Of a stretch of DNA of 64,000 nucleotides, positions 18,504 through 32,704 are shown one piece after another. A program made the position numbers and the translations under genes. Origin of the DNA: an uncultured delta proteobacterium (GTDB lineage Bacteria > Desulfobacterota > Binatia > UBA9968); contig CAVXEP010000016.1 in NCBI GenBank assembly GCA_963760795.1, forward strand, positions 128,001 to 192,000. Direction: 5' to 3'. Position 1 is the stretch's first letter; every line of letters starts with the position of its first letter. The notes under the pieces were generated by a model. The model was not told the DNA's origin and ran no database searches. It saw nothing but the letters and a program-made list of their open reading frames with translations.

Positions 18504-20456
18504 ATGCGCTGCCTGATTTCCATTGCCGACCTGACCAACGATGAGATCGAGGAGATCTTTGCGCTGGCCGATAGCGCCGACAAGCTGCGCGCCGACAGGG
18601 TCGGCGCCGGGCAGATCATGGCGACGTTGTTCTACGAACCGAGCACGCGCACTCGGCTGTCGTTCGAATCGGCCATGCAGCGCCTCGGCGGCTCGGTGAT
18701 CTCCTGCTCGGATATGAAAGCTTCCTCGACGGCCAAAGGCGAGACCGTGGCCGACACGGCCAAGGTGGTGTCGAGCTACGCCGATGTTTTGGTCGTGCGT
18801 CATTATTGGGACGGCGCGGTGCAGGCGATGGCCGAGCACGCCGATGTGCCGGTGATCAACGCCGGCGACGGCGGTCACGAGCATCCGACCCAGACGCTGT
18901 GCGATCTTTATACGCTGCGCAAGGAGAAGGGCGATCTCAAAGGCTTGACGGTAGTCGTGTGCGGCGATCTCAAGAACGGCCGGACGATCCATTCTTTGGT
19001 TTACGCGCTGGCGCGCTTCGGCGCTAACGTAGTGACCCTGGCCGCTAACGGCATGGAGCTGCCGCAGTATGTGATCGAGCGGTTGGAGCGCGAGTACGAT
19101 TACGGCTTTGCGCCGGTGGCGTCGGGAGACTTGAATTCCGTCGTTACCGAAACCGACGCTTTATATTTAACCCCGAAGCAACCGCATCAGCTGGCGCTCT
19201 ACACCCAGGTGGACAAGGTCATCCAATCCCAGCTGAGCACCCTGGCGACCGGCCTGCGCTATGACGCTTTTTACATGACCCGGAAACAGAAAGAGCGGAT
19301 GAAAGAGGGCACCGCCAACGGCAACTATCCGACCATCGGTCCGGAGTTTCTCCAGGAAAAGCGTTTTCAGGACACCGTGGTGATGCATCCGCTGCCGCGT
19401 GTCGATGAACTGTCGCCGGAGCTCGACAAGGACCGGCGCGGCATCTATTTCAAACAGGCCGCTTACGGTGTGCCGGTGCGCATGGCGCTGCTCGAATTTC
19501 TGTTCCGGCGCAATCGCGCGCAGCAGCGTGCGACGAATATGGCCAACCGTTCCTATCGTAGCCCTGAACCCATCGGCCCCAAGTGCCATAATGCCAACTG
19601 CATTACGGTGAAAGAGCCGGCATCGACGCAGCGGCGCTTTCGCATCTATTTCGCCGAGGATATAGGCGCGCTGATTCTCGGCTGCGACTACTGCGATCAT
19701 CGCTTCAAAGTTGACTACGTCGGCAATATTAAAGCCAAACGCTATTCGTCCTTCGACGCCACGCTCAGCGAGACGTTGCGCGATTGGTGGGACAAGGGCG
19801 AGCTCGCCTTGTTCGACTCGATCAAAGAAGCCGAAGAGTTGGGGTACGAGCCGACGAGAAGTAGCGCGCAACGGATACTCATGTCCGAGACTGAGATCGA
19901 GACTGCGCTTGCCGAGATGAGCCGGCAGATTGTGCGCGACTGCCGCGATCCCGACCGGTTGTTGATTCTCGGCGTGCGCAGTGTTGGCTCGCTCCTGGCC
20001 CAACGCATTGCCAATGCAATCGCAGCGCAGCGCAACCGCAGACCGGAGCTGGGCGAGATCGAAATCTACGGCTCCGGCGATGAACTCCGGCGCATCGGCC
20101 CCAGCGATCCAGATCTCGGACCGCCCAGTCTGAAAGATCGCGAAGTGGTTCTAGTCGACGACGTGATTTTTACCGGCCGCACGGTGAAAAGCGCGTTGAG
20201 CATCATATTTCGCTCCGGCCGGCCACAGTCGGTGCGCTTAGCCGTGCTTGTCGACCGCGGCCACCGCGAGGTGCCGGTGAAGCCTAATTACGTCGGTAAA
20301 AATATTCCGAGCTCTGAAAAAGACCGCGTGCGCGTGCGCTTGCGCGGCGAAGATAGTGAGGCGGCCGACCGCGTAGTAATCTATTCAATTATGAGTCCCG
20401 CGGTGAGTGCGCAGCCAGCATCAACCTCCAGCCGGGACAAGGCGGCGAACCGATAA
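18504..20456 (+). CDS. pyrB: Aspartate carbamoyltransferase fused to PyrI-type Zn domain and C-terminal PyrR/PRTase domain
   Basis: [30 protein letters not shown] and HPLPRVDE (PyrB); CHNANC...CDYC (PyrI Zn site); [11 protein letters not shown]...[18 protein letters not shown] (PyrR), all in one open frame. Confidence 0.93.
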   Translation: MRCLISIADLTNDEIEEIFALADSADKLRADRVGAGQIMATLFYEPSTRTRLSFESAMQRLGGSVISCSDMKASSTAKGETVADTAKVVSSYADVLVVRHYWDGAVQAMAEHADVPVINAGDGGHEHPTQTLCDLYTLRKEKGDLKGLTVVVCGDLKNGRTIHSLVYALARFGANVVTLAANGMELPQYVIERLEREYDYGFAPVASGDLNSVVTETDALYLTPKQPHQLALYTQVDKVIQSQLSTLATGLRYDAFYMTRKQKERMKEGTANGNYPTIGPEFLQEKRFQDTVVMHPLPRVDELSPELDKDRRGIYFKQAAYGVPVRMALLEFLFRRNRAQQRATNMANRSYRSPEPIGPKCHNANCITVKEPASTQRRFRIYFAEDIGALILGCDYCDHRFKVDYVGNIKAKRYSSFDATLSETLRDWWDKGELALFDSIKEAEELGYEPTRSSAQRILMSETEIETALAEMSRQIVRDCRDPDRLLILGVRSVGSLLAQRIANAIAAQRNRRPELGEIEIYGSGDELRRIGPSDPDLGPPSLKDREVVLVDDVIFTGRTVKSALSIIFRSGRPQSVRLAVLVDRGHREVPVKPNYVGKNIPSSEKDRVRVRLRGEDSEAADRVVIYSIMSPAVSAQPASTSSRDKAANR

Positions 20457-20460
20457 TTTC

Positions 20461-21624
20461 ATGAAAGCGATTTTAGCCTTAGCGGACGGCAAATTTTTTA
20501 GCGGTGTAGGCTTCGGCGCCGAAGGCGAAGCCGTTGGCGAAGTGGTTTTCAACACCAGCATGACCGGCTACCAAGAGATTCTCACCGACCCGTCTTATGA
20601 AGGCCAGTTGGTGGCGATGACCTATCCACAGATCGGTAACGTCGGGGTTAATCTTGAAGACGTCGAGTCGCGCCGGCCGTTCATGCGCGGCTTCATCGTT
20701 AAAGATTACACCGCCGAGCCGAGCAACTGGCGCGCCAGCCAGCCGCTGCATGAATATATGCAGGCCAATGGCATTGTCGGCATCTACGGCATCGATACCC
20801 GCGCGCTGGTGCGCCACCTGCGCGATCACGGAGCGCAAGACGGCATTATCTCGACAGGAGCGGCGAGTGCTGAAGAGTTGGCCGCCAAAGCCAAAGCTTC
20901 CCCGGGCCTTGTCGGCCAAGATCTGGTTAAAAATGTTACATGCCACGAGCCGTACGACTGGAATGAAGGCATGTGGCGACTAGTGGGCGGCTACAAGCGG
21001 CGCGATGGCGGCAGCGCTGCCAAGCGCAGCCGCAAGGGCAGCTTCACCGCGCCAAAATACTTCGTCATCGCCTACGACTATGGCATCAAATATAACATCC
21101 TGCGCAATCTCGCCGAGTCGGGCTGCCAGGTGCGCGTGGTGCCGGCGTCGATGCCGGCGAGCGAGGTGCTGGCGCTGAATCCCGATGGAATCTTTCTTTC
21201 CAACGGTCCCGGCGATCCCGACGCGGTTCCCTATGCGAAAGAAAACGTCCAACAGCTGATTGGCAAGAAACCGATCTTCGGCATTTGCCTGGGGCATCAA
21301 ATATTAGGTTTGGCCCTGGGCGGCAACACTTACAAACTCAAGTTCGGCCATCATGGCGGCAACCAGCCGGTGATGGATCTGACCACGCGCAAAGTCGAGA
21401 TCACGTCGCAGAATCATGGCTTCGCCGTCGATGCCGATTCGCTGAGCGGTGCCGCGCAACTGACTCACTTAAATCTCAACGACAACACGGTGGAAGGATT
21501 GGCGCATCGCGAGCTGCCGATCTTTTCCGTGCAGTATCATCCCGAGTCCTCGCCCGGCCCCCATGACGCGAACTATTTGTTTAAACGCTTTACCGACCTG
21601 ATGGCGCAGCACCGAGGCTCGTAG
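20461..21624 (+). CDS. carA: Carbamoyl-phosphate synthase small subunit
   Basis: [35 protein letters not shown] and QYHPE motifs. Confidence 0.98.
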   Translation: MKAILALADGKFFSGVGFGAEGEAVGEVVFNTSMTGYQEILTDPSYEGQLVAMTYPQIGNVGVNLEDVESRRPFMRGFIVKDYTAEPSNWRASQPLHEYMQANGIVGIYGIDTRALVRHLRDHGAQDGIISTGAASAEELAAKAKASPGLVGQDLVKNVTCHEPYDWNEGMWRLVGGYKRRDGGSAAKRSRKGSFTAPKYFVIAYDYGIKYNILRNLAESGCQVRVVPASMPASEVLALNPDGIFLSNGPGDPDAVPYAKENVQQLIGKKPIFGICLGHQILGLALGGNTYKLKFGHHGGNQPVMDLTTRKVEITSQNHGFAVDADSLSGAAQLTHLNLNDNTVEGLAHRELPIFSVQYHPESSPGPHDANYLFKRFTDLMAQHRGS

Positions 21625-21629
21625 CATCC

Positions 21630-24869
<3,240 letters not shown>

Positions 24870-24990
24870 CGGCGATGCAGCGCTTCGTCAGTGTCCTGGA
24901 ATTACTTGTGAACTCGGATAATTTAGGGGTCGGTTCGCGTGTGTATCCTGTCGTCAATAGTGACCATCCCTGCGGTTCGATAGGCTATCG

Positions 24991-27204
24991 ATGGCGATCT
25001 TAAAGCCAGTGGCAGAAGCCGCCAAACTGGTCACGACGAGTTCACAGCCCCGTGCCAATGCGCGCGAATGCTTGCGAGCTCTCGCGACCTCGATTCAGTC
25101 CCTCAAGGGCGTCGGTCCCAAACGGGCGGCGCAACTCGAAGCCAGCGGGCTCGCCACCGTCGAAGACATTCTCTATCACTTGCCGTTTCGCTTTGAGGAC
25201 CGCCGCCAGTTGAAGAAAATCAACCAAGCAGCGCTGGGCCAAGAGGAGAGCTTTACCGGTCAGCTGGTGCTGCTGCAAAACCGGTTCAACCCGCGCCGGC
25301 GCAGTCAGATGCTGTCGGCGGTGCTGCGCGACGACACCGGCACAATTGAATTGATGTGGTATCGGGCGCCAGGTTACTTGGCCAACGGACTGGCTCAAGG
25401 GCAAAATCTACTGGTTCATGGCAAGGTCGAGCAGGGCGCGCAGGCGCGCCTGCGTATCGTCCATCCCGACTTTGAAGTATTGGAGCCCGGTGAAGAGAGC
25501 GCCCATGCGCGTATCTTGCCAGTGTATCTGCGGCCGGGCGGCATGCCGATGTCATTCATGCGCAAGCTGGCGGCGCAAGCGCTCGAGCAATACGCGCAGT
25601 ATCTGCCGCCGGGACTACCGAGCAGCGTAGCGAGCCGCATGCAGCTGGTCGCCATCCCGGAAGCGCTACGCCGATTACACCAGCCGTCGCTGGATACCAG
25701 TGTAAACGCCCTGAACGATGCCAGCTCGCCGGCGCACCGCAGCGTGATCTTCGACGAGCTATTTTATCTGCAACTGGGGTTGGGGTTGCGCAAGCGCTCG
25801 CGCACGCAGAGCCGCGGCCAGCCGGTTCATTTGACTGACGGTAAACTAGTTCAGCGCATGCGCGAATTGTTGCCGTTCGAACTCACCGGCGCGCAGGATC
25901 GGGTTTTTGGCGAGATCGCCGCCGACATGGCGGGCGAGCAGCCGATGCAACGCTTGGTTCAAGGCGATGTCGGTTCGGGCAAGACCATGGTGGCATGGTT
26001 GGCGTCGCTGCGGACCATCGAGCAAGGCTATCAAGCGCTCTGGATGGCGCCCACGGAAATTCTCGCCGAGCAGCACTTTCGCGGTTTGTCGGGCTACGCC
26101 AAGACTTTGGGAGTTACGGCGGCGCTTCTCACGGCGGCGACGACGGCAAAAGAGCGCAAGGAATTGCTGCCGCGCATCGAGCGCGGCGAAGTGCAGTTTC
26201 TCGTCGGCACCCACGCGTTGATTCAAGAAGATATCCATGCGCCGCGCATGGGTCTGGGCGTCGTTGACGAACAGCACCGCTTCGGCGTGGCGCAGCGTTT
26301 GTCGTTGCGCCAACTGGTGGCCGGCAAGGATTCTCTGTCTTCGACCAGCCATGAGCCGCATATGCTGTTGATGAGCGCGACGCCGATCCCGCGCAGTCTG
26401 GCGATGGTGCTGTACGGCGACATGGAGGTTTCCTTCGTCGATGCCATGCCGCCGGGGCGCACACCGGTGCAAACCAAAGTGTTCAACGAACGGGAGCGCA
26501 AGCAGGTTTACACGATGGTTCTCGACCAATTGAAAAAAGGCCATCAAGCCTTTGTCGTCCTGCCGCTGGTCGAAGCCTCCGAACAGCTGCAACAAGTTAA
26601 GGACGCCACCCAGATGGCGGAAAAAATGCGCCAAACTTTGTTCAAAGACTTCGGCATCGGCCTGGTGCATGGCCGCATGAAAGCGGACGAGCGCGACCAA
26701 ACCATGCGCGCCTTTCGCGACGGCAAGTTGGGGATTCTCGTCGCTACCACCGTCATCGAGGTCGGCATCGACATTGCCAACGCCACGGTCATGGTCATCG
26801 AGCATGCCGAGCGCTTCGGCTTGTCGCAGCTCCATCAACTACGCGGCCGGGTCGGGCGCGGCCAGGCGCCGGGCTATTGTTTGTTGGTCAATCGCGGCAC
26901 CGGCGGTGCCGTCGCCGCCGAAAGATTGCGCGTCATGGCCAACGAGAAAGATGGTTTTAAGATCGCCGAAGCGGATTTGAAATTACGCGGTCCCGGCGAA
27001 CTTCTTGGCACGCGACAGTCGGGTTTGGCCGATTTCCGTTTGGCCAATCTGATCCGCGATACCCAGTTGCTCATCGCCGCGCGTCAAGAAGCCTTGGCAT
27101 GGTTGGAAAAGGACCCGCAGCTCAAAAACAAAGACTCCGCGGGCATGCGACAGGTTCTCAAACATCGCTGGGGCAAGCGATTGCAGTTGGGAGCGGTAGG
27201 GTAA
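24991..27204 (+). CDS. recG: ATP-dependent DNA helicase RecG
   Basis: QGDVGSGKT, DEQHRFG, SATPIPR, QLHQLRGRVGRG and DLKLRGPGE motifs. Confidence 0.98.
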   Translation: MAILKPVAEAAKLVTTSSQPRANARECLRALATSIQSLKGVGPKRAAQLEASGLATVEDILYHLPFRFEDRRQLKKINQAALGQEESFTGQLVLLQNRFNPRRRSQMLSAVLRDDTGTIELMWYRAPGYLANGLAQGQNLLVHGKVEQGAQARLRIVHPDFEVLEPGEESAHARILPVYLRPGGMPMSFMRKLAAQALEQYAQYLPPGLPSSVASRMQLVAIPEALRRLHQPSLDTSVNALNDASSPAHRSVIFDELFYLQLGLGLRKRSRTQSRGQPVHLTDGKLVQRMRELLPFELTGAQDRVFGEIAADMAGEQPMQRLVQGDVGSGKTMVAWLASLRTIEQGYQALWMAPTEILAEQHFRGLSGYAKTLGVTAALLTAATTAKERKELLPRIERGEVQFLVGTHALIQEDIHAPRMGLGVVDEQHRFGVAQRLSLRQLVAGKDSLSSTSHEPHMLLMSATPIPRSLAMVLYGDMEVSFVDAMPPGRTPVQTKVFNERERKQVYTMVLDQLKKGHQAFVVLPLVEASEQLQQVKDATQMAEKMRQTLFKDFGIGLVHGRMKADERDQTMRAFRDGKLGILVATTVIEVGIDIANATVMVIEHAERFGLSQLHQLRGRVGRGQAPGYCLLVNRGTGGAVAAERLRVMANEKDGFKIAEADLKLRGPGELLGTRQSGLADFRLANLIRDTQLLIAARQEALAWLEKDPQLKNKDSAGMRQVLKHRWGKRLQLGAVG

Positions 27205-27312
27205 AGTTGTGTGAATTGCCGCACCTGAAGTTTTCTTATTTGCACCTAGGGCAGCGATGCCTTATAAATGGAAAAATCTTTGATTCTCTAAACCAAACAG
27301 AGGTGACGGCCC

Positions 27313-28491
27313 GTGGAATTTCAGCGGATTAAGCGGCTGCCGCCCTATGTCTTCAGCATCATCGATGGCATGAAGATGGAGGCGCGGCATCGAGGCGAAG
27401 ATATCGTCGATTTCGGCATGGGCAACCCGGATTTGCCGACTCCGCCGCATGTCGTGGCCAAGCTCATCGAAGCCGCATCGAAGCCCGCCAACCACCGCTA
27501 CTCGGTCTCCCGCGGCATTTATAAACTCCGCGTCGCCATCGCCAAGTGGTACAGCCGGCGTTACGGCGTGATCATCGATCCGGACAGCGAGGCGATCGTT
27601 ACCATCGGCGCTAAAGAAGGGTTGTCCCATCTCGCCTGGGCGACCATCGATCCTGGCGATGTGGTGCTCTGTCCGAGTCCGACCTATCCGATTCACCAGT
27701 ATTCCGTTGTGCTCGCCGGCGGCGATCTGCGCTGCATTCCGCTGACCACCAGCGAAGAATTCTTCGGCCATCTCGAAGAGGCGATCCGCCAGACCTGGCC
27801 CAAGCCGAAGATGCTGATCATCAGCTTTCCGCATAACCCGACGACGCAGGTGGTGGAGCTCGACTTTTTTGAGAAGGTGGTCAAAGCGGCCAAGGAGCAT
27901 GGCTTTATCGTCGTCCACGATCTGGCCTATGCCGATCTTACGTTCGATGGCTACCAGGCGCCGAGTTTTCTCCAGGCGGCTGGCGCCAAGGATGTCGGCG
28001 TGGAGTTCTTCTCATTATCGAAGAGCTACAACATGCCCGGCTGGCGTGTCGGCTTTTGCGTCGGCAACAAGGAGATCGTCCACGCGCTGGCGCGGATCAA
28101 GAGTTATCTCGACTACGGTATCTTTCAGCCGATTCAGATCGCGGCAATTCAAGCCCTCGACGGACCGCAGGATTGCGTCGACGAGATTTGTTCGATGTAT
28201 CGAAAGCGCCGCGACTCGCTGCTCGACGGCCTCGACCGCGCCGGCTGGCATATTCCCCGGCCCAAGGGCACCATGTTCGTCTGGGCCGAGATTCCCGAGC
28301 CGGCGAAAAAAATGGGCTCGGTGGAGTTCGCTAAATACCTGCTCCAGGAAGCCCAGGTGGCGGTGTCGCCGGGTATCGGCTTCGGCCAGTATGGCGACGA
28401 GCATGTGCGCTTCGCGTTGATCGAGAACGAGCATCGGACCAAGCAGGCCGTGCGCAAGATCAAAAAGGCGCTTGGCAAGCTGCTCGATTAG
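27313..28491 (+). CDS. alaC: Class I/II aminotransferase, AlaC-like
   Basis: [39 protein letters not shown] and [11 protein letters not shown] motifs; upstream of hom. Confidence 0.88.
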   Translation: MEFQRIKRLPPYVFSIIDGMKMEARHRGEDIVDFGMGNPDLPTPPHVVAKLIEAASKPANHRYSVSRGIYKLRVAIAKWYSRRYGVIIDPDSEAIVTIGAKEGLSHLAWATIDPGDVVLCPSPTYPIHQYSVVLAGGDLRCIPLTTSEEFFGHLEEAIRQTWPKPKMLIISFPHNPTTQVVELDFFEKVVKAAKEHGFIVVHDLAYADLTFDGYQAPSFLQAAGAKDVGVEFFSLSKSYNMPGWRVGFCVGNKEIVHALARIKSYLDYGIFQPIQIAAIQALDGPQDCVDEICSMYRKRRDSLLDGLDRAGWHIPRPKGTMFVWAEIPEPAKKMGSVEFAKYLLQEAQVAVSPGIGFGQYGDEHVRFALIENEHRTKQAVRKIKKALGKLLD

Positions 28492-28530
28492 CCTGCCACG
28501 GCGATTTTCTAGATATGATGCGAAGATCCT

Positions 28531-28612
28531 TTCACCACGAAGGCACGAAGGACACGAAGGTTTCGGAGATTTAGTAGTTCGAACTTCGTGATCTTAGTGC
28601 CTTCGTGGTAAA
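28531..28612. repeat. CACGAAG/CTTCGTG periodic inverted repeat (complete copy)
   Basis: ttcaccacgaaggcacgaaggacacgaag ... cttcgtgatcttagtgccttcgtggtaaa. Confidence 0.85.
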
Positions 28613-28652
28613 AACAGATTTTCAATTCGGCACATAATCCACACGCAATACA

Positions 28653-30046
28653 ATGGCAACAGCGAATACTCGGCGCAAAGTCGGTGTCGGACTGCTCGGC
28701 TCTGGGGTGGTCGGCGAGGCGATTCAGGATATCTTGTTCCGCGATCTCAAGGGACAGGTCGGTAACGACGTCGAGCTTGAGATTCGCAAGATTTACACGC
28801 GTAATCCTCATGGCAAAAAATGGTTCGGCAAGCGCAAAGCGCTGTTCACCAGCCGGCCGGAAGAAGTGCTCGATCATCCGGGCGTCGATATCGTCATCGA
28901 AGCTCTGGGCTTTCAATCGGCGGCGCAGTTGCCGCAGTTTCGCGATTATATTTTGCGCGCCTTCCGCAACGGTAAGTCGGTGGTGACTTCCGACAAAGCT
29001 GTCTTGGCCCGTTACGGCAAAGAGATTTGGGCGGCGGCAAAAAGTTACGGACGACAGTTGCGCTTCGAAGCTTGCGTCGGCGGCGGCATACCGGTGATCC
29101 GCTCGCTCAGCGAGAGTTTCGCCGTCGAGCAGCCCGAAGCGGTCTTCGGCATCGTCAACGGCACCTGTAATTATATTCTCTCGCAGATGGAGAAGAGCGG
29201 GAAACCCTACGCCGAGGCATTGCGCGAGGCGCAGCAAAAAGGCTACGCCGAAACCAATCCGGCAGCCGACGTCAATGGCAGCGACGCCGAAGCCAAACTG
29301 CTGTTGCTCAGCATGGTCGCCTTCGGCTTGCAGATCGAGCCGGGAAAGATTTGGCGCAAAGGGATTGAAGAAATCCAAGCGGTCGATTTTCGCTACGCCC
29401 AACGCATCGGCGCCAGCACGATCAAACAGTTGGCGGTGGCGCGCCGGCGCGGTTCGGCGGTACAAGTGTTCGTTTCGCCGGCGCTAGTCTCTGGAGAGAA
29501 CTTTCTCGCCAAAGTCGATGGCGCAACCAACGCGGTCTGCTTCGCCGGCAAGAGCAGCAGCGGCGGACGCGGCGCGCGGGATTGCGACTATGTCTTGGTC
29601 GGTCCGGGTGCCGGCGGCGGACCCACTGCCGTGGCGGTGTTGGGCGATGTCTGCGAGTTGGCCCGCGGTACGCGCCAGTTTAGCGGCGCGCCGAGTTTGA
29701 TCCCACCGGGCACCCTGAAGCTGCAACGGGAAGATGAAATCGATGTGCCGTTCTACGTTCGCTTCGTGGTCAAAGACCGCGCCGGCATCGTCGGCGATAT
29801 CGGCAAGACCTTCGGCCGCATGGGCGTGAATATTTCCGAGATCTGGCAGCTGCGCCATGTCGAAGAGGAGCTGCGCAGTCTGATGCAGAGCTACCGGCTC
29901 AAACAAAAGCGCGGCGAGTTTTGCCGTTCGTTATGACCCTCGAGCGCACGACGCTGCGGCAGATGCGCCGGGCACTGGACTCTATTCGCAATCGCGACTA
30001 TATCCTAGTCGATCCGGTATGGTTTCCGATCTGGAGTTCGAGCTAA
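28653..30046 (+). CDS. hom: Homoserine dehydrogenase with C-terminal ACT domain; frameshift near 29920
   Basis: GLLGSGVVG, FEACVGGGIPVI, GIVNGTCNYIL, GYAETNP and GPGAGG motifs; tail LPFVMTLE... in another frame to TAA 30046. Confidence 0.92.
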
Positions 30047-30086
30047 GTACTCGGCAAGTCAGAAAACTTAAGGTGGTTTTGCACAG

Positions 30087-31309
30087 ATGAAATATATCAT
30101 TCTTCAAGGCGACGGCATGGCCGACTATCCGATCGAAGCGCTCGGCAACAAGACGCCCTTGGAAGCGGCACGCACGCCCAACATGGACTGGCTGGCGCAG
30201 CATGGCGTCTACGGCATCGCCCATGTCATTCCTAAAGGTTTTCCCCCCGGCAGCGATGTCGGCAACATGAGCATCATGGGTTACGACCCGGCGGTCTATC
30301 ACACCGGCCGCTCGCCCTTGGAGGCCGCCAGCATGGGTGTGGCGCTGGGACCCAAAGATATCGCCTTTCGTTGCAATCTGGTCACCGTCGCGGGCAGTGG
30401 CTCTGAGGCGATCATGGAAGATTTTACTTCCGGCCATATCTCTACTGATGAAGCCGCGGAAATTATCCGCGACCTGGGCCGCGAACTCGGCGGCGCCGGC
30501 ATCGAGTTTTTTCCCGGCGTCAGTTATCGCCATCTGATGGTTTGGCGCGACGGCATGGAGAAAGATGGACAACCACGCCGCCCCATGACATCACCGACCA
30601 AAAGACCGCCGGTTATCTGCCCAATGGCGAGGGCGCCGAGCGTTTGCTCAAGCTGATGGCGGCGTCGCAACCTTTATTGGCGCAGCATCCGATAAACTTA
30701 AAGCGCAAGGCCGAAGGACAGCGCCAAGCGACGACCATCTGGCTATGGGGCCAGGGGCGGGCGCCGCAGTTGCCGCCGCTGACCGAACGTTTCGGCATTA
30801 CCGGCGGAGTGATCTCAGCTGTCGATATCATTCATGGCTTGGGCGTCTACGCCGGCTTGGAGCGCATCGATGTGCCGGGAATTACCGGCTTTCTCGATAC
30901 TAATTATCTCGGCAAGGGCGAATATGGCGTGCGCTCATTGGAGAAAAACGACTTGGTGTTCATCCATGTCGAGGCCACCGACGAGGCCGGCCATATGGGC
31001 GACTGGAAAGCGAAGATTCAGGCGCTGGAAGATTTTGACGAAAAGGTCGTCGGCACGGTGTTGAAAGGTATGTCGCAGCGCCAGGATTATCGCATTCTAC
31101 TCATGCCCGACCATCCAACCGCCTGCGCACTCAAGACCCATGTTTCCGAGCCGGTGCCCTTCGTGTTGTATTCGCCCCAAGAGGCGCGCGATAACGGCCC
31201 GGTGGGTTACAACGAAAAAGATGCACTCAAGACTGGCGTGGTGGCCGAACAAGCTTACCGGCTCATGGAGTCGCTGATTGAAGGGAGACCGACATGGACA
31301 GAAATCTAG
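30087..31309 (+). CDS. apgM: Cofactor-independent phosphoglycerate mutase, archaeal type; frameshift near 30565
   Basis: GDGMADYP..TPLEAARTPNMD, PPGSDV, HVEATDEAGH and PDHPT motifs. Confidence 0.92.
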
Positions 31310-32244
31310 CTCTAGAAGCAGTGCGTGTGACCGAAGCGGCGGCGCTCAATTGTGCCCGCTTGACCGGGCGCGGCGATGAGAAAGCCGCCGACCAAGCGGC
31401 GGTGGATGCCATGCGCAAGGCCTTCGATGGTTTGGGTATCGATGGCACGATTGTCATCGGCGAGGGCGAACGGGACGAAGCGCCGATGCTCTATATCGGC
31501 GAAAAGGTCGGCTCCGGCGGCCCTAAGGTCGATATCGCTCTCGATCCCCTGGAAGGCACGACCATCTGCGCCACCGGCGGCCCCAACGCGCTCGCTGTGC
31601 TCGCCATGGGCGATGGCGGCAACTTACTCCACTGTCCCGACACCTACATGCAGAAGATCGCCTGCGGTCCGATCGGCAAAGGTGTCGTCGATATCGATAA
31701 AACGCCGACGGAAAATCTCCACGCCCTGGCGGAAGCGAAGAAGTGTAAGGTCGAAGATCTAACCGTTATCATTCTATCGCGGCCGCGCCATGACGCGATC
31801 ATTCAAGAAGTGCGCAAGGCCGGCGCGCGCATTCGCCTGATCGGCGACGGCGACGTCGCGGCGGCTATCGCCACCACCAAGGCGGAGACCGGCATCGATT
31901 TGCTTCTGGGCATCGGCGGCGCGCCGGAAGGGGTCTTAGCAGCGGCGGCATTGCGCTGTGTCGGCGGCGAATTCCAAGGACGCCTGGCGCCGCGCAACAA
32001 CGAAGAGATCGAACGCGCCAAAAAAATGGGCGTGAGCGATATTAAGAAAAAATTCTCCATCACCGAACTGGCCGCCGGCGATGTCATGTTCGCCGCCACC
32101 GGCGTTACCGACGGCGACTATCTGCGCGGCGTGCACTTTTTCCCCGGCGGCGCGACCACGCAATCGGTGGTTATGCGTTCAAAGACCAAGACAATTCGGG
32201 TCATCGATGCAACTCATTATTTCGAGCATAAGCCGATTTATTAG
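31294..32244 (+). CDS. glpX: Fructose-1,6-bisphosphatase class II
   Basis: VRVTEAAA, GEGERDEAPML, DPLEGT and FAATGVTDG motifs. Confidence 0.97.
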   Translation: MDRNLALEAVRVTEAAALNCARLTGRGDEKAADQAAVDAMRKAFDGLGIDGTIVIGEGERDEAPMLYIGEKVGSGGPKVDIALDPLEGTTICATGGPNALAVLAMGDGGNLLHCPDTYMQKIACGPIGKGVVDIDKTPTENLHALAEAKKCKVEDLTVIILSRPRHDAIIQEVRKAGARIRLIGDGDVAAAIATTKAETGIDLLLGIGGAPEGVLAAAALRCVGGEFQGRLAPRNNEEIERAKKMGVSDIKKKFSITELAAGDVMFAATGVTDGDYLRGVHFFPGGATTQSVVMRSKTKTIRVIDATHYFEHKPIY

Positions 32245-32327
32245 TAGAGCGCTCGGCCGGAACGATTGAATTCATCGAGACGCTAGCTTAAGCGGGACCA
32301 GCCCTGATCCACTAGCGGTCGAAAAAC

Positions 32328-32613
32328 ATGGCCCAGAAAAAGAAGGTAAAGAAAGCCAGCTTGCTCAAGGACAGTTCTTATCTATACTTTCTTTCCACTC
32401 ATCATCTGGTCTCTAGCGTTCGTCGCGTGGTTGTATTGGGACAGCATCACGGCGCCATTCTCCACGGACAAAGCGAAAGGGCGCAAGCCAGCGCGGACAA
32501 TACACGATCTGGAGAAATCTGAAAAAGCTCCGGCGCCCGCCAAACGTTCCCAGGAAAAAATTCTCGACGACGACCGCAAGAAACTCGAAGATGTTTTAAA
32601 GCAGCGCCAGTAG
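32328..32613 (+). CDS. Small single-pass membrane hypothetical protein; frameshift near 32372
   Basis: MAQKKKVKK... joined to LIYTFFPLIIWSLAFVAWLYW...QEKILDDDRKKLEDVLK. Confidence 0.6.
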
Positions 32614-32704
32614 TCTTGCCAACCGAGTTCGTGTCCGATCCGTTTATCAGCGCTGAGTACATTTGCCGGTCGTAAGAGTTTTCACCATCGGCTTTCGGAT
32701 CGAT

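Noticed and set aside
25846-26838. Long antisense ORFs (e.g. 330 aa opposite recG, 317 aa at 43752, 278 aa at 19167 and 37208)
   Set aside because: Shadow frames expected from high-GC codon bias; no motifs or RBS, and fully overlapped by well-supported genes
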